NCBI GenBank assembly: GCA_024276825.1
Contig: JAJRWI010000042.1
Location: 32,001 to 96,000 of the forward strand
Reading direction: 5' to 3'
Length of the DNA stretch: 64,000 nt
Source: an archaeon
Lineage (GTDB): Archaea > Asgardarchaeota > Thorarchaeia > Thorarchaeales > Thorarchaeaceae
A program made the translations under genes and the position numbers. Of the stretch, positions 43,797-53,485 are shown piece by piece (positions within the stretch are counted from its first letter, which is position 1; each line of letters opens with the position of its first letter). The notes under the pieces are model-generated. The model did no database searches, had not been told where the DNA came from, and was given only the letters and a program-made list of their open reading frames with translations.

Positions 43797-44621
43797 ATGA
43801 CACAGGGACTGAAAGTACCAATGGACTTGGTACCACCCAAAGTAAGAGAAAACATGAAAGGAATCAAGCACAAGATTGTAATTCTGTCAGGCAAGGGGGG
43901 CGTGGGCAAGACCACCGTGGCCACAAACCTTGCAATGTCGTTTGCAAAGAATGGGCTCAAGACGGGGATACTCGATGTAGATATCTATGGCCCTAATGTA
44001 CCTAAATTGCTGGGCCTTGAGGGTTGGCATCCAACCGTTGAGGGTGAAACCATCATTCCAATCAGTGGACCAATGAACATCAAGGTCATGTCAATGGGTT
44101 TCTTGTTGGCAAATCCGGATGATGCGGTTGCTTGGAGAGGCCCACTTGTAGCAAAGATCATTGGTCAGTTCTTAGGAGATGTGAGATGGGGAGAGCTCGA
44201 TCTGCTAGTAGTAGATCTTCCACCAGGAACAGGAGATGAAATACTTAGCATTCTCCAACAGATCCCAGATGTTGATGGTGTTATAATAGTATCAACACCA
44301 CAGGAGGTTGCTGTTCTTGACGCACGCAGGGCCATAAGACTTGTTAATAAAATGGGAGTTCCCATTCTTGGTATTATTGAAAACATGGGAGAGTTTGTAT
44401 GTCCTAATTGCGGCCAGGCCCATGAATTGTTCGGCAAGGGTGTTGCTAGGAGGGCTGCAAACGAGTTTGGAATAGGATATTTGGGAAGACTGCCTTTTGA
44501 TCCAAGAATTGTATCAATGAGCGATGAAGGCACTCCATTCATAATAGAACAGCCCGACTCAAAGGCTGCAAAGAGTTTTCAAGAAGTGGTTGAGCGAATT
44601 AGAATGAAGATAATGAATTAG
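43797..44621 (+). CDS. mrp: Mrp/NBP35/ApbC Fe-S cluster carrier ATPase
   Basis: SGKGGVGKTT, DVDIYGP, WRGP, DLPPGTGD, TPQ, ENM..FVCPNC. Confidence 0.95.
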   Translation: MTQGLKVPMDLVPPKVRENMKGIKHKIVILSGKGGVGKTTVATNLAMSFAKNGLKTGILDVDIYGPNVPKLLGLEGWHPTVEGETIIPISGPMNIKVMSMGFLLANPDDAVAWRGPLVAKIIGQFLGDVRWGELDLLVVDLPPGTGDEILSILQQIPDVDGVIIVSTPQEVAVLDARRAIRLVNKMGVPILGIIENMGEFVCPNCGQAHELFGKGVARRAANEFGIGYLGRLPFDPRIVSMSDEGTPFIIEQPDSKAAKSFQEVVERIRMKIMN

Positions 44622-44654
44622 AGCATTTGAAGGCACGAAGTACAGAGGAAGTGA

Positions 44655-45047
44655 TTATTCCTCTGTGCTCTCCTCTTCTGTATTTTCAGACTCTGATAGT
44701 TCAGCAGTTTCAGACTCTTCTTCATGCCTTTTCTCCTTCTTATGAGACGACTTTGGCTCCCCGGGTTCACTGCTTGGAATGAGCTTCATTACCAAAGGAT
44801 AGCAGAGTAATATTGAGATAATTGCCATTATCACTATTATCAGAACTGTGAGATCAGCGCCAAATAATGCAACCGGATTGATCCAGATGTCCGATTTTGG
44901 CACCCCAAAGACAACATGCTGCAGCCAACCGGGAATTGCAAAGGTAAGGGGGATGCATATGACAATCAGAAGAAAGACTGATGCAATGATCTCCGCAGTA
45001 TAGATTAGAATTCTTTTGAGCGTACTACTTACTGCCTCTTTTGCCAT
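44655..45047 (-). CDS. Small membrane protein with charged tail
   Basis: Two TM segments, acidic C terminus. Confidence 0.7.
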   Translation of the reverse strand: MAKEAVSSTLKRILIYTAEIIASVFLLIVICIPLTFAIPGWLQHVVFGVPKSDIWINPVALFGADLTVLIIVIMAIISILLCYPLVMKLIPSSEPGEPKSSHKKEKRHEEESETAELSESENTEEESTEE

Positions 45048-45123
45048 TGTCACTGTTGTGCACCAAGCAATTACGACTTTGAATTCCTTTTAATCATTGC
45101 TCAGAAGAAGATAAGGATAATAA

Positions 45124-45225
45124 GGAGAGGTTTGGGGCTCACCAAAAAAGAGTCGGGAGAGAGAGTGAGTGCGAAGGAAGGAGAGAGGATTAGGATTCTT
45201 TGCGGATTTGTGAGCCCCTTGCTCC
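45124..45225 (-). ncRNA. Candidate small RNA 1 (terminal stem, CU-rich loop)
   Basis: GGGGCTCAC/GTGAGCCCC stem plus GGAG/CTCC; GAAAAGATATATAT BRE/TATA-like box about 25 nt upstream on minus strand; strand is inferred. Confidence 0.5.
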
Positions 45226-45325
45226 ATGTTATAATATCCCTTCATATCATATATATCTTTTCATAGCATATATTATAGAATAGATTAATGTCTTGAGTAA
45301 ATTACCTTAAGAACTCGGGGATGAT

Positions 45326-45400
45326 GGCGTGCTTGGGGCATTGAAAGAAAGACACGGAAGGAGGAGAGAGATAATACGAGCATGAAGCCCCAAGCACCTT
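45326..45400 (-). ncRNA. Candidate small RNA 2 (terminal stem, CU-rich loop), paralogue-like to RNA 1
   Basis: GTGCTTGGGGC/GCCCCAAGCAC 11-bp stem; shared loop CTCTCTCC(TCC)TTCC; TTATAT box upstream on minus strand. Confidence 0.5.
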
Positions 45401-45481
45401 CAAATATCTATACGCATTAAAAGAATATAATCAAAGCTATGATGGACTAATTCAACAAAAGCGAATGAAATTTCTAGGCCC

Positions 45482-46207
45482 CTAATACAGAGAGAATGAA
45501 CTTGTGCCTGCAGACCTATTCTGCTCAAAAGACTTGACAAGGAACTGGATCATTTCAGGAAGTGAGCTAAAGACACGTTTTGCACCCTCAGCGTAGAGCA
45601 CATCTTCAGAGGTTTCACCAGTAATCACGCCCCAAAAATCAACACCTGCCTTGCGGGCTGCTGCCGCATCGATGAGAGCATCACCGACATATAATGTTCT
45701 TTCTGGAATACATCCAAGCCTTTCTATAATCTGCAAGAGACCCTCGGGGAAGGGCTTTGGGCTAATAGATTCATTTCTGGTCTGGATAACATCGAAATAT
45801 GGCCTCAGCGAGATCTTGTCCAGAATTATATCTACTGCTTCTCGACCATTGTTTGTGAGAATCGCAGTCTTGACTCCCAGCGTCCTCAGTGTTGCTAAGG
45901 CTTCAAGGGCCCCATCTATCAGTGAAACGTTTCTTGCAGAATTGGCCTCATGTCTTGAGAGGACCAGATCGACCTTCTTCTGCAAGTCATTCCACTCATC
46001 AATGTCCATTCCATTATTGAGAAAGTATTCCCTTGCCTTCAATGTCGAGCTTGAAATTCCATCAGCGGGCTCAAGGAGTTGAGGTGGGAGTCCATGCTCA
46101 ATGTATAGCTTTTTCACATCGGATCTCATTGCCTCCAGAGGAAGAGTGAGCACGATTATTGTTCCATCCAGATCAAAGACAATTGCGTCGTACATGGTCA
46201 AGCTCAC
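45482..46207 (-). CDS. HAD-IA hydrolase (phosphoglycolate phosphatase-like)
   Basis: FDLDGTI, ILTNN, KPFP, YVGD..ID..AA. Confidence 0.9.
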   Translation of the reverse strand: MSLTMYDAIVFDLDGTIIVLTLPLEAMRSDVKKLYIEHGLPPQLLEPADGISSSTLKAREYFLNNGMDIDEWNDLQKKVDLVLSRHEANSARNVSLIDGALEALATLRTLGVKTAILTNNGREAVDIILDKISLRPYFDVIQTRNESISPKPFPEGLLQIIERLGCIPERTLYVGDALIDAAAARKAGVDFWGVITGETSEDVLYAEGAKRVFSSLPEMIQFLVKSFEQNRSAGTSSFSLY

Positions 46208-46297
46208 ACCTCTTCCCGATTGATTCCTTCTTAAGCATAGTCACTGCCTATATTCATTCAATATATCGAGAGTTCATTCAAAAAAATAGTGGTACAA

Positions 46298-46795
46298 TTA
46301 TTCATTCCCCATAAGAAGGGCCTTAGTGCATGCATGATCCATTGTGGCAGGTTTCACTACTTCCATGCGAATGCTGGCGTTGATTCCCTCTGCCACACTT
46401 TGAACATACGGAATACAGACTGTATCACAATACAGTTTTCCAGTCTTTTTGAAGAACTCATACTGTGGGCAATACGGATGAATGGTTTCAACACGCGAAT
46501 CCGAAGTCCATGTAGGCTCAATCTTCGCATTCATGATGTTTCCAATAACAAGCCATGCATCCAATGCATCCTTGAGTGTTTCACCCAGCCCGAGCATGTC
46601 CTTTAGACTCTTAGCATCTTCTGCCCCCAGTCTTCGAAACACCTCAGATAGTGCATCCAAGCCAGAAGATCCAAGCTTCTCATCTAGGACAGTGGCGGTT
46701 GTTGTCATCAGGCGCATCAAATTATTCTGAAGCTCTCTTGCCTTCATTCCAGATGGTATCAGTCCTTTTACGGCGGCCTTCCGCATGATTCCCAT
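46298..46795 (-). CDS. V4R / ATC-hydrolase-like small-ligand-binding protein
   Basis: CPQY...YCDTVC....C pattern after helical N terminus. Confidence 0.6.
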   Translation of the reverse strand: MGIMRKAAVKGLIPSGMKARELQNNLMRLMTTTATVLDEKLGSSGLDALSEVFRRLGAEDAKSLKDMLGLGETLKDALDAWLVIGNIMNAKIEPTWTSDSRVETIHPYCPQYEFFKKTGKLYCDTVCIPYVQSVAEGINASIRMEVVKPATMDHACTKALLMGNE

Positions 46796-46887
46796 GCCAT
46801 CACCAAGATAATGAGTTTATAGGTCATTAATTAAGCTTGTCAGATTAAATTTAAGAGAATGATATAACTGAATCATATTGATGAGCT

Positions 46888-47910
46888 TTGAGCGAACTAG
46901 AGAGAATTGACAAGAATGACATGTTGAGCATGACTCAGAATTTTCCAGTTTTAATCGTCAAATCTTCCCCTGATTCAGAATTCATCAGTCATGTTCGGGC
47001 CATATCCAGAAGAGAACCTGAGGGAGTCTGTCTTATTGGAATGGGAGGAAGTTCCATCGCGGGAGAAATCTGCAGAGGGCTTTTGTGGAGAGATGCCAAA
47101 ATGCCCATAATATCCATACGGGACTACTTTGTGCCCCCGTTTATTGATGAACACTGGGCATCTGTGATAGTGAGTTATTCTGGAAACACAGAGGAAACAT
47201 TGAGTGCATTTAATGCGGTCAACAAAAGGGGCTCAAGTATCGTGGTTCTCACATCAGGGGGCAAGCTCGCAGAACTATATACAGGAAAAGCATTACATCT
47301 GCTCCCCAGCGGCTTTCAGCCAAGAGCTGCATTGCCAATAATCATCTCGATTGTCTTGCCAATTATAGAGATATTACTAGGCATGGACCCAACTGATTTC
47401 AAGGCAATAGCGGACCGCCTTCTCAAGGGCACAATACAGTGGGAAGGCATTAATCCAAATGGAGTTGTAAACAGAATCAAAGGAAAGATTCCCTTATTCA
47501 TCGGTGCCGAGCATATGATACCGGTGGCATATCGGGCCAAATGCCAAATAAATGAGAATGCCAAGGCACCTGCATTTTCTTCGGACATTCCTGAGAGTAA
47601 TCATAACGAGATTGAGGCTGCATTGAAATATTCCGAGCATAATATCATCCCTATCTTTTTACGAAGCAACTGGGAGTCTTCAAGGATCAAGAAACGGATG
47701 AATGAAACTCGTTCAATATATGAGGAGAAGGACATCCAAACTCTGTCGTTGGGAATAAATTCAGAGTCCATCATCGAGGAAACCCTTGGGATGATATATA
47801 ATCTCGATTTAGCTTCAGTCATACTTGCAAAACATTATCAAGCTGATCCATTAGGGGTCCCAATGATCTCAGCTCTGAAGAAACGCTTGGCGCACTCCAA
47901 GAGTGATTAG
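46888..47910 (+). CDS. Bifunctional phosphoglucose/phosphomannose isomerase (SIS)
   Basis: GMGGSSIAG, SYSGNTEET, TSGGKL, QPRAA, QINENAK, PESNHNEI. Confidence 0.93.
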   Translation: MSELERIDKNDMLSMTQNFPVLIVKSSPDSEFISHVRAISRREPEGVCLIGMGGSSIAGEICRGLLWRDAKMPIISIRDYFVPPFIDEHWASVIVSYSGNTEETLSAFNAVNKRGSSIVVLTSGGKLAELYTGKALHLLPSGFQPRAALPIIISIVLPIIEILLGMDPTDFKAIADRLLKGTIQWEGINPNGVVNRIKGKIPLFIGAEHMIPVAYRAKCQINENAKAPAFSSDIPESNHNEIEAALKYSEHNIIPIFLRSNWESSRIKKRMNETRSIYEEKDIQTLSLGINSESIIEETLGMIYNLDLASVILAKHYQADPLGVPMISALKKRLAHSKSD

Positions 47911-48434
47911 TCCATCTTAGGCCATGCAAAGACCAGAATATTCACCGATTCCGCGGTTGAGTTGAAGAGGTGATAAAAGTAGGTCAGGACAATTCCGAAT
48001 GTCCAAATGTCATTTGCAGCTGCATCATAGATTATTGCCTTGTCTTCAGCAACAGTAATCGTGGAGCCGATCGTGAAGTTCTCGTTGTATCCCGGAGTGA
48101 TTGTCTGTTTGTCCTTGGGTATTGCGAGCCTGAATTCTGTATATGAGAAAGACTCATTGTTAAGATACACCACAGCTCGAAGATAGGTCAATGTTGCACT
48201 GCCTGTTGCCACATCAGGTGCCCTAACATTGAATACCATCTGCAGTGATGGATTGAGGGACATGTTCTCATAATTCAAGACACGAACATCAACCAAGTCA
48301 ATCTGTAGGTCATTGATCATGACATAGCTCCCACTGTAATGGCTCGCATTTGAATAAAGATATACGCTGCTTATTGCAGCTATAACTATCATTGCAGCAA
48401 TGATTATGTTTTGGGGCCTGTCATGTTCAATCAT
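47907..48434 (-). CDS. Membrane-anchored extracellular beta-rich hypothetical protein
   Basis: Single N-terminal TM, several NxS/T sequons. Confidence 0.7.
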   Translation of the reverse strand: MIEHDRPQNIIIAAMIVIAAISSVYLYSNASHYSGSYVMINDLQIDLVDVRVLNYENMSLNPSLQMVFNVRAPDVATGSATLTYLRAVVYLNNESFSYTEFRLAIPKDKQTITPGYNENFTIGSTITVAEDKAIIYDAAANDIWTFGIVLTYFYHLFNSTAESVNILVFAWPKMD

Positions 48435-48496
48435 TCATATTCACTATGCTTTGAGATGCTTGTTTCAAATATCTTCTTTCCGCTTTGCGCAGAAGT

Positions 48497-49363
48497 TCAT
48501 ATACTGAATATTGTCAGAGTGACAATATGAACAATCCAGGGAAATAATGCCATCAGTGCAGGGAGTGGAATTGAAGGAAGAATCTGATCTTCTTTAACAA
48601 ACACTGTAATATTGATCACTATTCCGACAAACGCCAAAAGCATCGACATCGCCCACACATAGATTGGAAAGAAGATGAATGAGTGAGCCGCAATCAGTGA
48701 GAAAGCAACATAGTCGCCAACGCCCACTGCCACAGATTCACTCTGAATACGTGTATAGTCAAAAGGATCCTCACCGATCCTGCCACTCAAGGATGGCTTC
48801 TTCTCTATTACAAGATGTCTTGTGAGAAAATAATCTTCGACAATCAGTGATATCACTAGGATAATCATACTCGAAGTTACAATCGTCACTCCCATGAAAA
48901 CTCCAAATATTGTCCCATAGAAAGCAACAAAGAAGTTCCGAATCACTCGTGGAAAGGCATCTATAACAATTAGTGCAATTGCAAGCATTGAAACACCAAG
49001 TGAAGCGGTAAGCACAACACCTGCTAATGGGGATGAGGTCCCCTTGAAGAGAATAAGAAGGAATGCCTGCCCCATAAAGATGGACACAAAGAATAGTATG
49101 GGAGAGATCATCAGCGACACCATGATCTTCTTTGCACCCCGCCCCTGTCGATTGAGCACCCAGAAAAGGGAGAAGATGACAAGAGAACCAAGAATTGTTG
49201 ATACTGTTGCTTGAATGAGCAGTTCAAGAGGAGAGTAATTTGGTGCATTTCTTACAATGAGCCCAATCAGAGATGAGTTCAGAATAGACGCAGCAATTAG
49301 CGAGGCAATTACAAAGGGAGTCGCAGATATCGTGATAAGTAGCAATCGAGTTCTCTCAGCCAT
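48497..49363 (-). CDS. Presenilin/SPP-family intramembrane aspartyl protease-like protein
   Basis: About 9 TM; LIVEDY (YD-equivalent), VGVGDY (GxGD), PLPAL (PAL). Confidence 0.7.
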   Translation of the reverse strand: MAERTRLLLITISATPFVIASLIAASILNSSLIGLIVRNAPNYSPLELLIQATVSTILGSLVIFSLFWVLNRQGRGAKKIMVSLMISPILFFVSIFMGQAFLLILFKGTSSPLAGVVLTASLGVSMLAIALIVIDAFPRVIRNFFVAFYGTIFGVFMGVTIVTSSMIILVISLIVEDYFLTRHLVIEKKPSLSGRIGEDPFDYTRIQSESVAVGVGDYVAFSLIAAHSFIFFPIYVWAMSMLLAFVGIVINITVFVKEDQILPSIPLPALMALFPWIVHIVTLTIFSI

Positions 49364-49453
49364 TATTATCAGAATCTACTCATAGTTTGAGTATTAAGAG
49401 TATGAGATATGCGCAATAGAATAAAAATCGCCCATCTTTAAAAAATAGAAAAT

Positions 49454-49471
49454 AGGGGACTTCAGTCCCCT
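49454..49471 (-). terminator. Terminator of dppA-like gene
   Basis: AGGGGAC-TTCA-GTCCCCT, then ATTTTCTATTTTTT on minus strand. Confidence 0.7.
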
Positions 49472-49485
49472 TAAACTGTACTGGA

Positions 49486-51318
49486 CTACTTCTGCCTCAT
49501 TAGGACATATCCACCAACAAGAATCACAACTGCTGCTGCAACTGCACCTGCAACAATGGCCATGGTGAAGTCGCCACCAGTGGTTGGTGTGGTTGTGGTC
49601 TGCTGATAGGCGGATCTGTCAAGACCGTAGAAGTAGTTCGGGTTGTAGGTCAGCTCGACGAACTCACCAGCGACGTACGCAGACACATTAAATGGTCCAG
49701 AAGTGACCATCTCCTCAGCAGGTGGGTTGGGGTTCCAGGTATTCCAGCCATCAAGGCCAACTTCCTGGAAGACATGCTTTGGAATGATAGTCTTGTAGCC
49801 AATGGTGTGAAGGTGCCAGTATGACTCGGTGCTAAACTCAACCACTACTGTGTAGTCGGTTGGAGCATATGCAGCGGTCATCTCTGATAGGTCAACACCA
49901 TACGGGTTACCCGGTGCATCGCGGTAGTAGTTCAGCGTGAACGCGACATCCTCAGCAGTGATTGGCGTTCCATCTGTCCACGTCGCATTTTGTATCATAT
50001 TGAACGTGAACCGCGTATGGCCCTCAGGCACTGCGGGATTGTCAGCATGCGTTTCTGCCGTATATGACTCTGCAAGCCAGAATATGTCCTTGCCAAGGTG
50101 ATCGGTGCCAATAAGGCTATCATACATCTCACCCAGCACATTCATGGTGTATGCTGAAGAGCTAACCATGAAATTGAAGGTGTCAAGGTCCAATGGGTTG
50201 CTCCAAATGAAGGTACCACCGAATGGACCACCCTGATCAGCCTTGAGGTGAACCTTCTGATTTGTCCACCAGCCAGGGATACCGTCGCTTACGTCAGCAA
50301 CATGACCCTCGAACTTGTCGGTCCTGTAGGCAGATAGCAGAATGTTTTCATAACAGATGATCATTGGTGACTCGTAGACCCAGATCTTCTGCATCTCTAT
50401 AGCTGCCTCGTACACCTCATCGTAATCGGTGGAGTGAAGCAGCTGGTCTCTCCATGAGTCATATGTGGCATTTCTGAAGTTGGGGAAGTTCCAGTATGGC
50501 TCGTCTGCGTACTCTGACCAGAACTCATAAGCCAGCCAATCAACATCGAAAGAGTTGAAGGATGAACCAAGGAAGACTATGTCGTAGTCTCCGTGGAAGT
50601 AGAGTCTGTTCAGATACTCATAGAAGTCTGTAGGTTGGGATGTGGCATCAATACTAAGGTCCTGAAGTGCCTCGGCAACAATGGTACCGACCTCAATAGC
50701 AATGTTTGAGGATGATGCACACTCAACCAGTACATCAAAGTCTGAGCCATCAGGAGCCTCACGGAACCCGTCAGCATCGACATCAGCAAAGCCAGCTGCA
50801 TCTAGAAGCTGGTTACCTAGTTCGACGTTTGCCTCATAGTAGTGATATGGGAGTTGCTCCTCAACTGACCATGGATTCAATGCAGGAACTACTGAGTCCT
50901 GTGGTTGTGAGAGCCCATCCCACACATCATCTGAGATAGCCTCCTTGTCAAGAGCAAAAGCCAGTGCTCTGCGGAAGGCTGTGATGTTGAATGGATACTT
51001 AGCACAGTTGATTGTGATATAACCGTATCCGTTTCTCAGAGTGTGGGCAACTTCAATGTTTTCTGCCGCATCTAATGCTGGCAGAAAGCTTGGATCGATC
51101 ATGTCACCAATGACATCGATCTCACCGTTCTGAAGAGCGTTGACTTGCTGGTCGTCTTGCGTAATTACTTTGAACACAAGCTTGTCAATGTACGGACCTG
51201 ATTTGTAAAAGCCCGGTACAGTTGCCTGTGCTGCTCCAAACATGGGCGAAAGTGCCATGAATGTGAACGCAAAGACAAGTGACGCAGCAAGAACTCTCTT
51301 GGCACGACTGCTTGCCAT
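49486..51318 (-). CDS. ABC peptide/nickel solute-binding protein family 5, circularly permuted, C-terminally membrane-anchored
   Basis: WTDGTPITAEDVAFT, VTSGPF, FRRALAFALDK, LLDAAGF; signal peptide; TTTT linker plus TM. Confidence 0.92.
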   Translation of the reverse strand: MASSRAKRVLAASLVFAFTFMALSPMFGAAQATVPGFYKSGPYIDKLVFKVITQDDQQVNALQNGEIDVIGDMIDPSFLPALDAAENIEVAHTLRNGYGYITINCAKYPFNITAFRRALAFALDKEAISDDVWDGLSQPQDSVVPALNPWSVEEQLPYHYYEANVELGNQLLDAAGFADVDADGFREAPDGSDFDVLVECASSSNIAIEVGTIVAEALQDLSIDATSQPTDFYEYLNRLYFHGDYDIVFLGSSFNSFDVDWLAYEFWSEYADEPYWNFPNFRNATYDSWRDQLLHSTDYDEVYEAAIEMQKIWVYESPMIICYENILLSAYRTDKFEGHVADVSDGIPGWWTNQKVHLKADQGGPFGGTFIWSNPLDLDTFNFMVSSSAYTMNVLGEMYDSLIGTDHLGKDIFWLAESYTAETHADNPAVPEGHTRFTFNMIQNATWTDGTPITAEDVAFTLNYYRDAPGNPYGVDLSEMTAAYAPTDYTVVVEFSTESYWHLHTIGYKTIIPKHVFQEVGLDGWNTWNPNPPAEEMVTSGPFNVSAYVAGEFVELTYNPNYFYGLDRSAYQQTTTTPTTGGDFTMAIVAGAVAAAVVILVGGYVLMRQK

Positions 51319-51681
51319 TATTCTCTCTATCTCCTTTTCCGAGTCGAATCGGATGATATTCGTCTAACGATTGACAATAAAAGCCTTGTGTTGGACTTGG
51401 GAACACATTGAGCTTGAAAATGAACATGAAAAACACACTGGCCGCACTAGTCTTAGCGCACAAGAGTTTCAGAAGTTCACAGACATAATAAAAGAAAGAC
51501 AACTGGCAGTCCAATAATGATCAGTGCCAAGAGGACTACGACTGTAAAATCGCAATATCGTGGCCATTCATGAATAAAATGAACAGTCATCCAAGTTGTA
51601 TTCAACAATATGCATTTGAAATAACTAATAACAGCCACGCCCAAAAAATAGAAGTGAAGAAAGGCACTTCCGCCCTTCTGT

Positions 51682-53256
51682 CTATCGTTCTCTAAGGCGT
51701 GGATTGAGAACTTGATCCAGCGTGTGTCCCACAAATGTGAATGCCAGTGATAAGATTGTAATCATTAATCCAGGAAACACAACAACCCACCAGGCACCAT
51801 TGTAGAATCCTCCCGAGCCCTGAGCATCAGCCAGCATTCGTCCCCAACTGGGCTGTGAGGGATCTGTCAATCCAAGGAATGCGAGACCGGATTCGGATAA
51901 AATGGCACCAACCACACCAAGGGTAATATCTGCGAATAGGATAGGCGTCACGTTGGGGAATATGTGGCGATACATTATGTAAGTGTCAGAAGCACCAATT
52001 GCCCGTGCCGATTCAACATAGGCCTTGTTCTTCTCTGCCATCACCTGAGATCGCACTATCCGCGACGTCCCAGTCCATCCCAATATTGATATCACTATAA
52101 TGATGTTCTCAATTGACGGCCCAAGAAACGCCGCCAAGACCATCATAAGTGGTAGCCCTGGAATGACCAGCAGAAAGTCAACAGTTCGCATGAGAATCTC
52201 ATCAATACGGCCGCCAAAGTATCCTGCAGCCATTCCAACTACTACGCCAACAATTGTGGATAGGAGGGTTGCAAGGATTCCAATAGTTAGAGATACTCTG
52301 GAGCCATAGACGAGTTGACTCCATGCATCAGCGCCCTTGTCAGTAGTGCCAAGGAGCCCAAAATACTCGCCATAAGCAATCAGACTGATTTCAGTGACTT
52401 GAACAGTCACAGAGCCGTTATAATATTGCCATGGATGATCTCCAAGAAAGTCATCAAAGTTCTTTGTTGGTGCAAGGCCAACAGCAACAGTCAGTGTATC
52501 ATTAGGATCTTCTTGAGTCCCATCCTTGCCAATGACCATCCCACCCCAGCCAGCAGCAATGTCAAAATAGCTCAGGTCAATTCGTCGGTCTTGCAGGGTG
52601 GGTGTGTATGGCGATGATGAATGGTATACCTGATGCCAGTTGCCAGATGAGTCTATCAACCAGATATAGACTCTGAACATGATTCCGCCAAGCTCTTGAG
52701 TCTTGAAATCGCCAGTTAGCGTGACTCCATATTCAAGCGTCATGTTGACATCACTGGGAATTCTTTCGAATGGCCAGTCAAAACTCTGGGTGAAGTAGAT
52801 GAAGCTACTAGAATCAGGCATCTGTTTCTCTGGGTCAACATCAATTGAAACGCCACTGCCAGCGGCATAGTTCCAAGTTAGGTTAACATAAGATTGCGTG
52901 AAGTTCTCTTCACTTGCATGATGCGTTGCACTAAACTGGTCTGCATAGGGGCCCACCTTGGTGAATGAGGGAGCTTCTACAAGAAATGGATCGGGGATAT
53001 ATTCACCAGTCACAACTCCATTTGGGTCAAAAAATGACATCCAGCTGGGAGCAAGGAAGTTAGGTGCGACCTTATTTGTTGGACTAGGATCATGAGTTGC
53101 CAATTGAGGAGCAGCAATGGCCATCCCAGTAAAGAGGATGAGAATCAAAAGGCCAAGGATACCAATTTTATGTCGCTTGTATTCATTCCAGAAGTCTTTG
53201 AATCCAATGTACAGGTTTGAGTCTTTCCAACTCTTTGATTGTTCGGGATTTGCCAA
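51682..53256 (-). CDS. ABC peptide permease DppC/OppC-like with large extracellular insert (copy 1)
   Basis: LLGTTDKGAD, YGSRVSL, YVESARAIGAS, ESGLAFLGL, SWGRML, NPRLR. Confidence 0.93.
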   Translation of the reverse strand: MANPEQSKSWKDSNLYIGFKDFWNEYKRHKIGILGLLILILFTGMAIAAPQLATHDPSPTNKVAPNFLAPSWMSFFDPNGVVTGEYIPDPFLVEAPSFTKVGPYADQFSATHHASEENFTQSYVNLTWNYAAGSGVSIDVDPEKQMPDSSSFIYFTQSFDWPFERIPSDVNMTLEYGVTLTGDFKTQELGGIMFRVYIWLIDSSGNWHQVYHSSSPYTPTLQDRRIDLSYFDIAAGWGGMVIGKDGTQEDPNDTLTVAVGLAPTKNFDDFLGDHPWQYYNGSVTVQVTEISLIAYGEYFGLLGTTDKGADAWSQLVYGSRVSLTIGILATLLSTIVGVVVGMAAGYFGGRIDEILMRTVDFLLVIPGLPLMMVLAAFLGPSIENIIIVISILGWTGTSRIVRSQVMAEKNKAYVESARAIGASDTYIMYRHIFPNVTPILFADITLGVVGAILSESGLAFLGLTDPSQPSWGRMLADAQGSGGFYNGAWWVVVFPGLMITILSLAFTFVGHTLDQVLNPRLRER

Positions 53257-53445
53257 TTTCTACACCTCAAATTGAATGTTTCAAATCACATCAGGGTTCT
53301 GACCCAGTTCCCCGATTGGATGAAGTCGGGCTTCTCAAGTAACTTATGAAGATTACCATTCAAGAAAAACATCGGAGTTTTTCGAAGCGTTTCAATCATG
53401 ATTGATTGATATTAATATGAGGGAGTTCTTAAAAAAAAATAGAAG

Positions 53446-53470
53446 TCTAAGGGATATCGAATCCCTTAGA
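53446..53470 (-). terminator. Terminator after dppB-like gene
   Basis: TCTAAGGGAT-ATCGA-ATCCCTTAGA, then T9 on minus strand. Confidence 0.75.
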
Positions 53471-53485
53471 TGGTTTCAGATAGTA

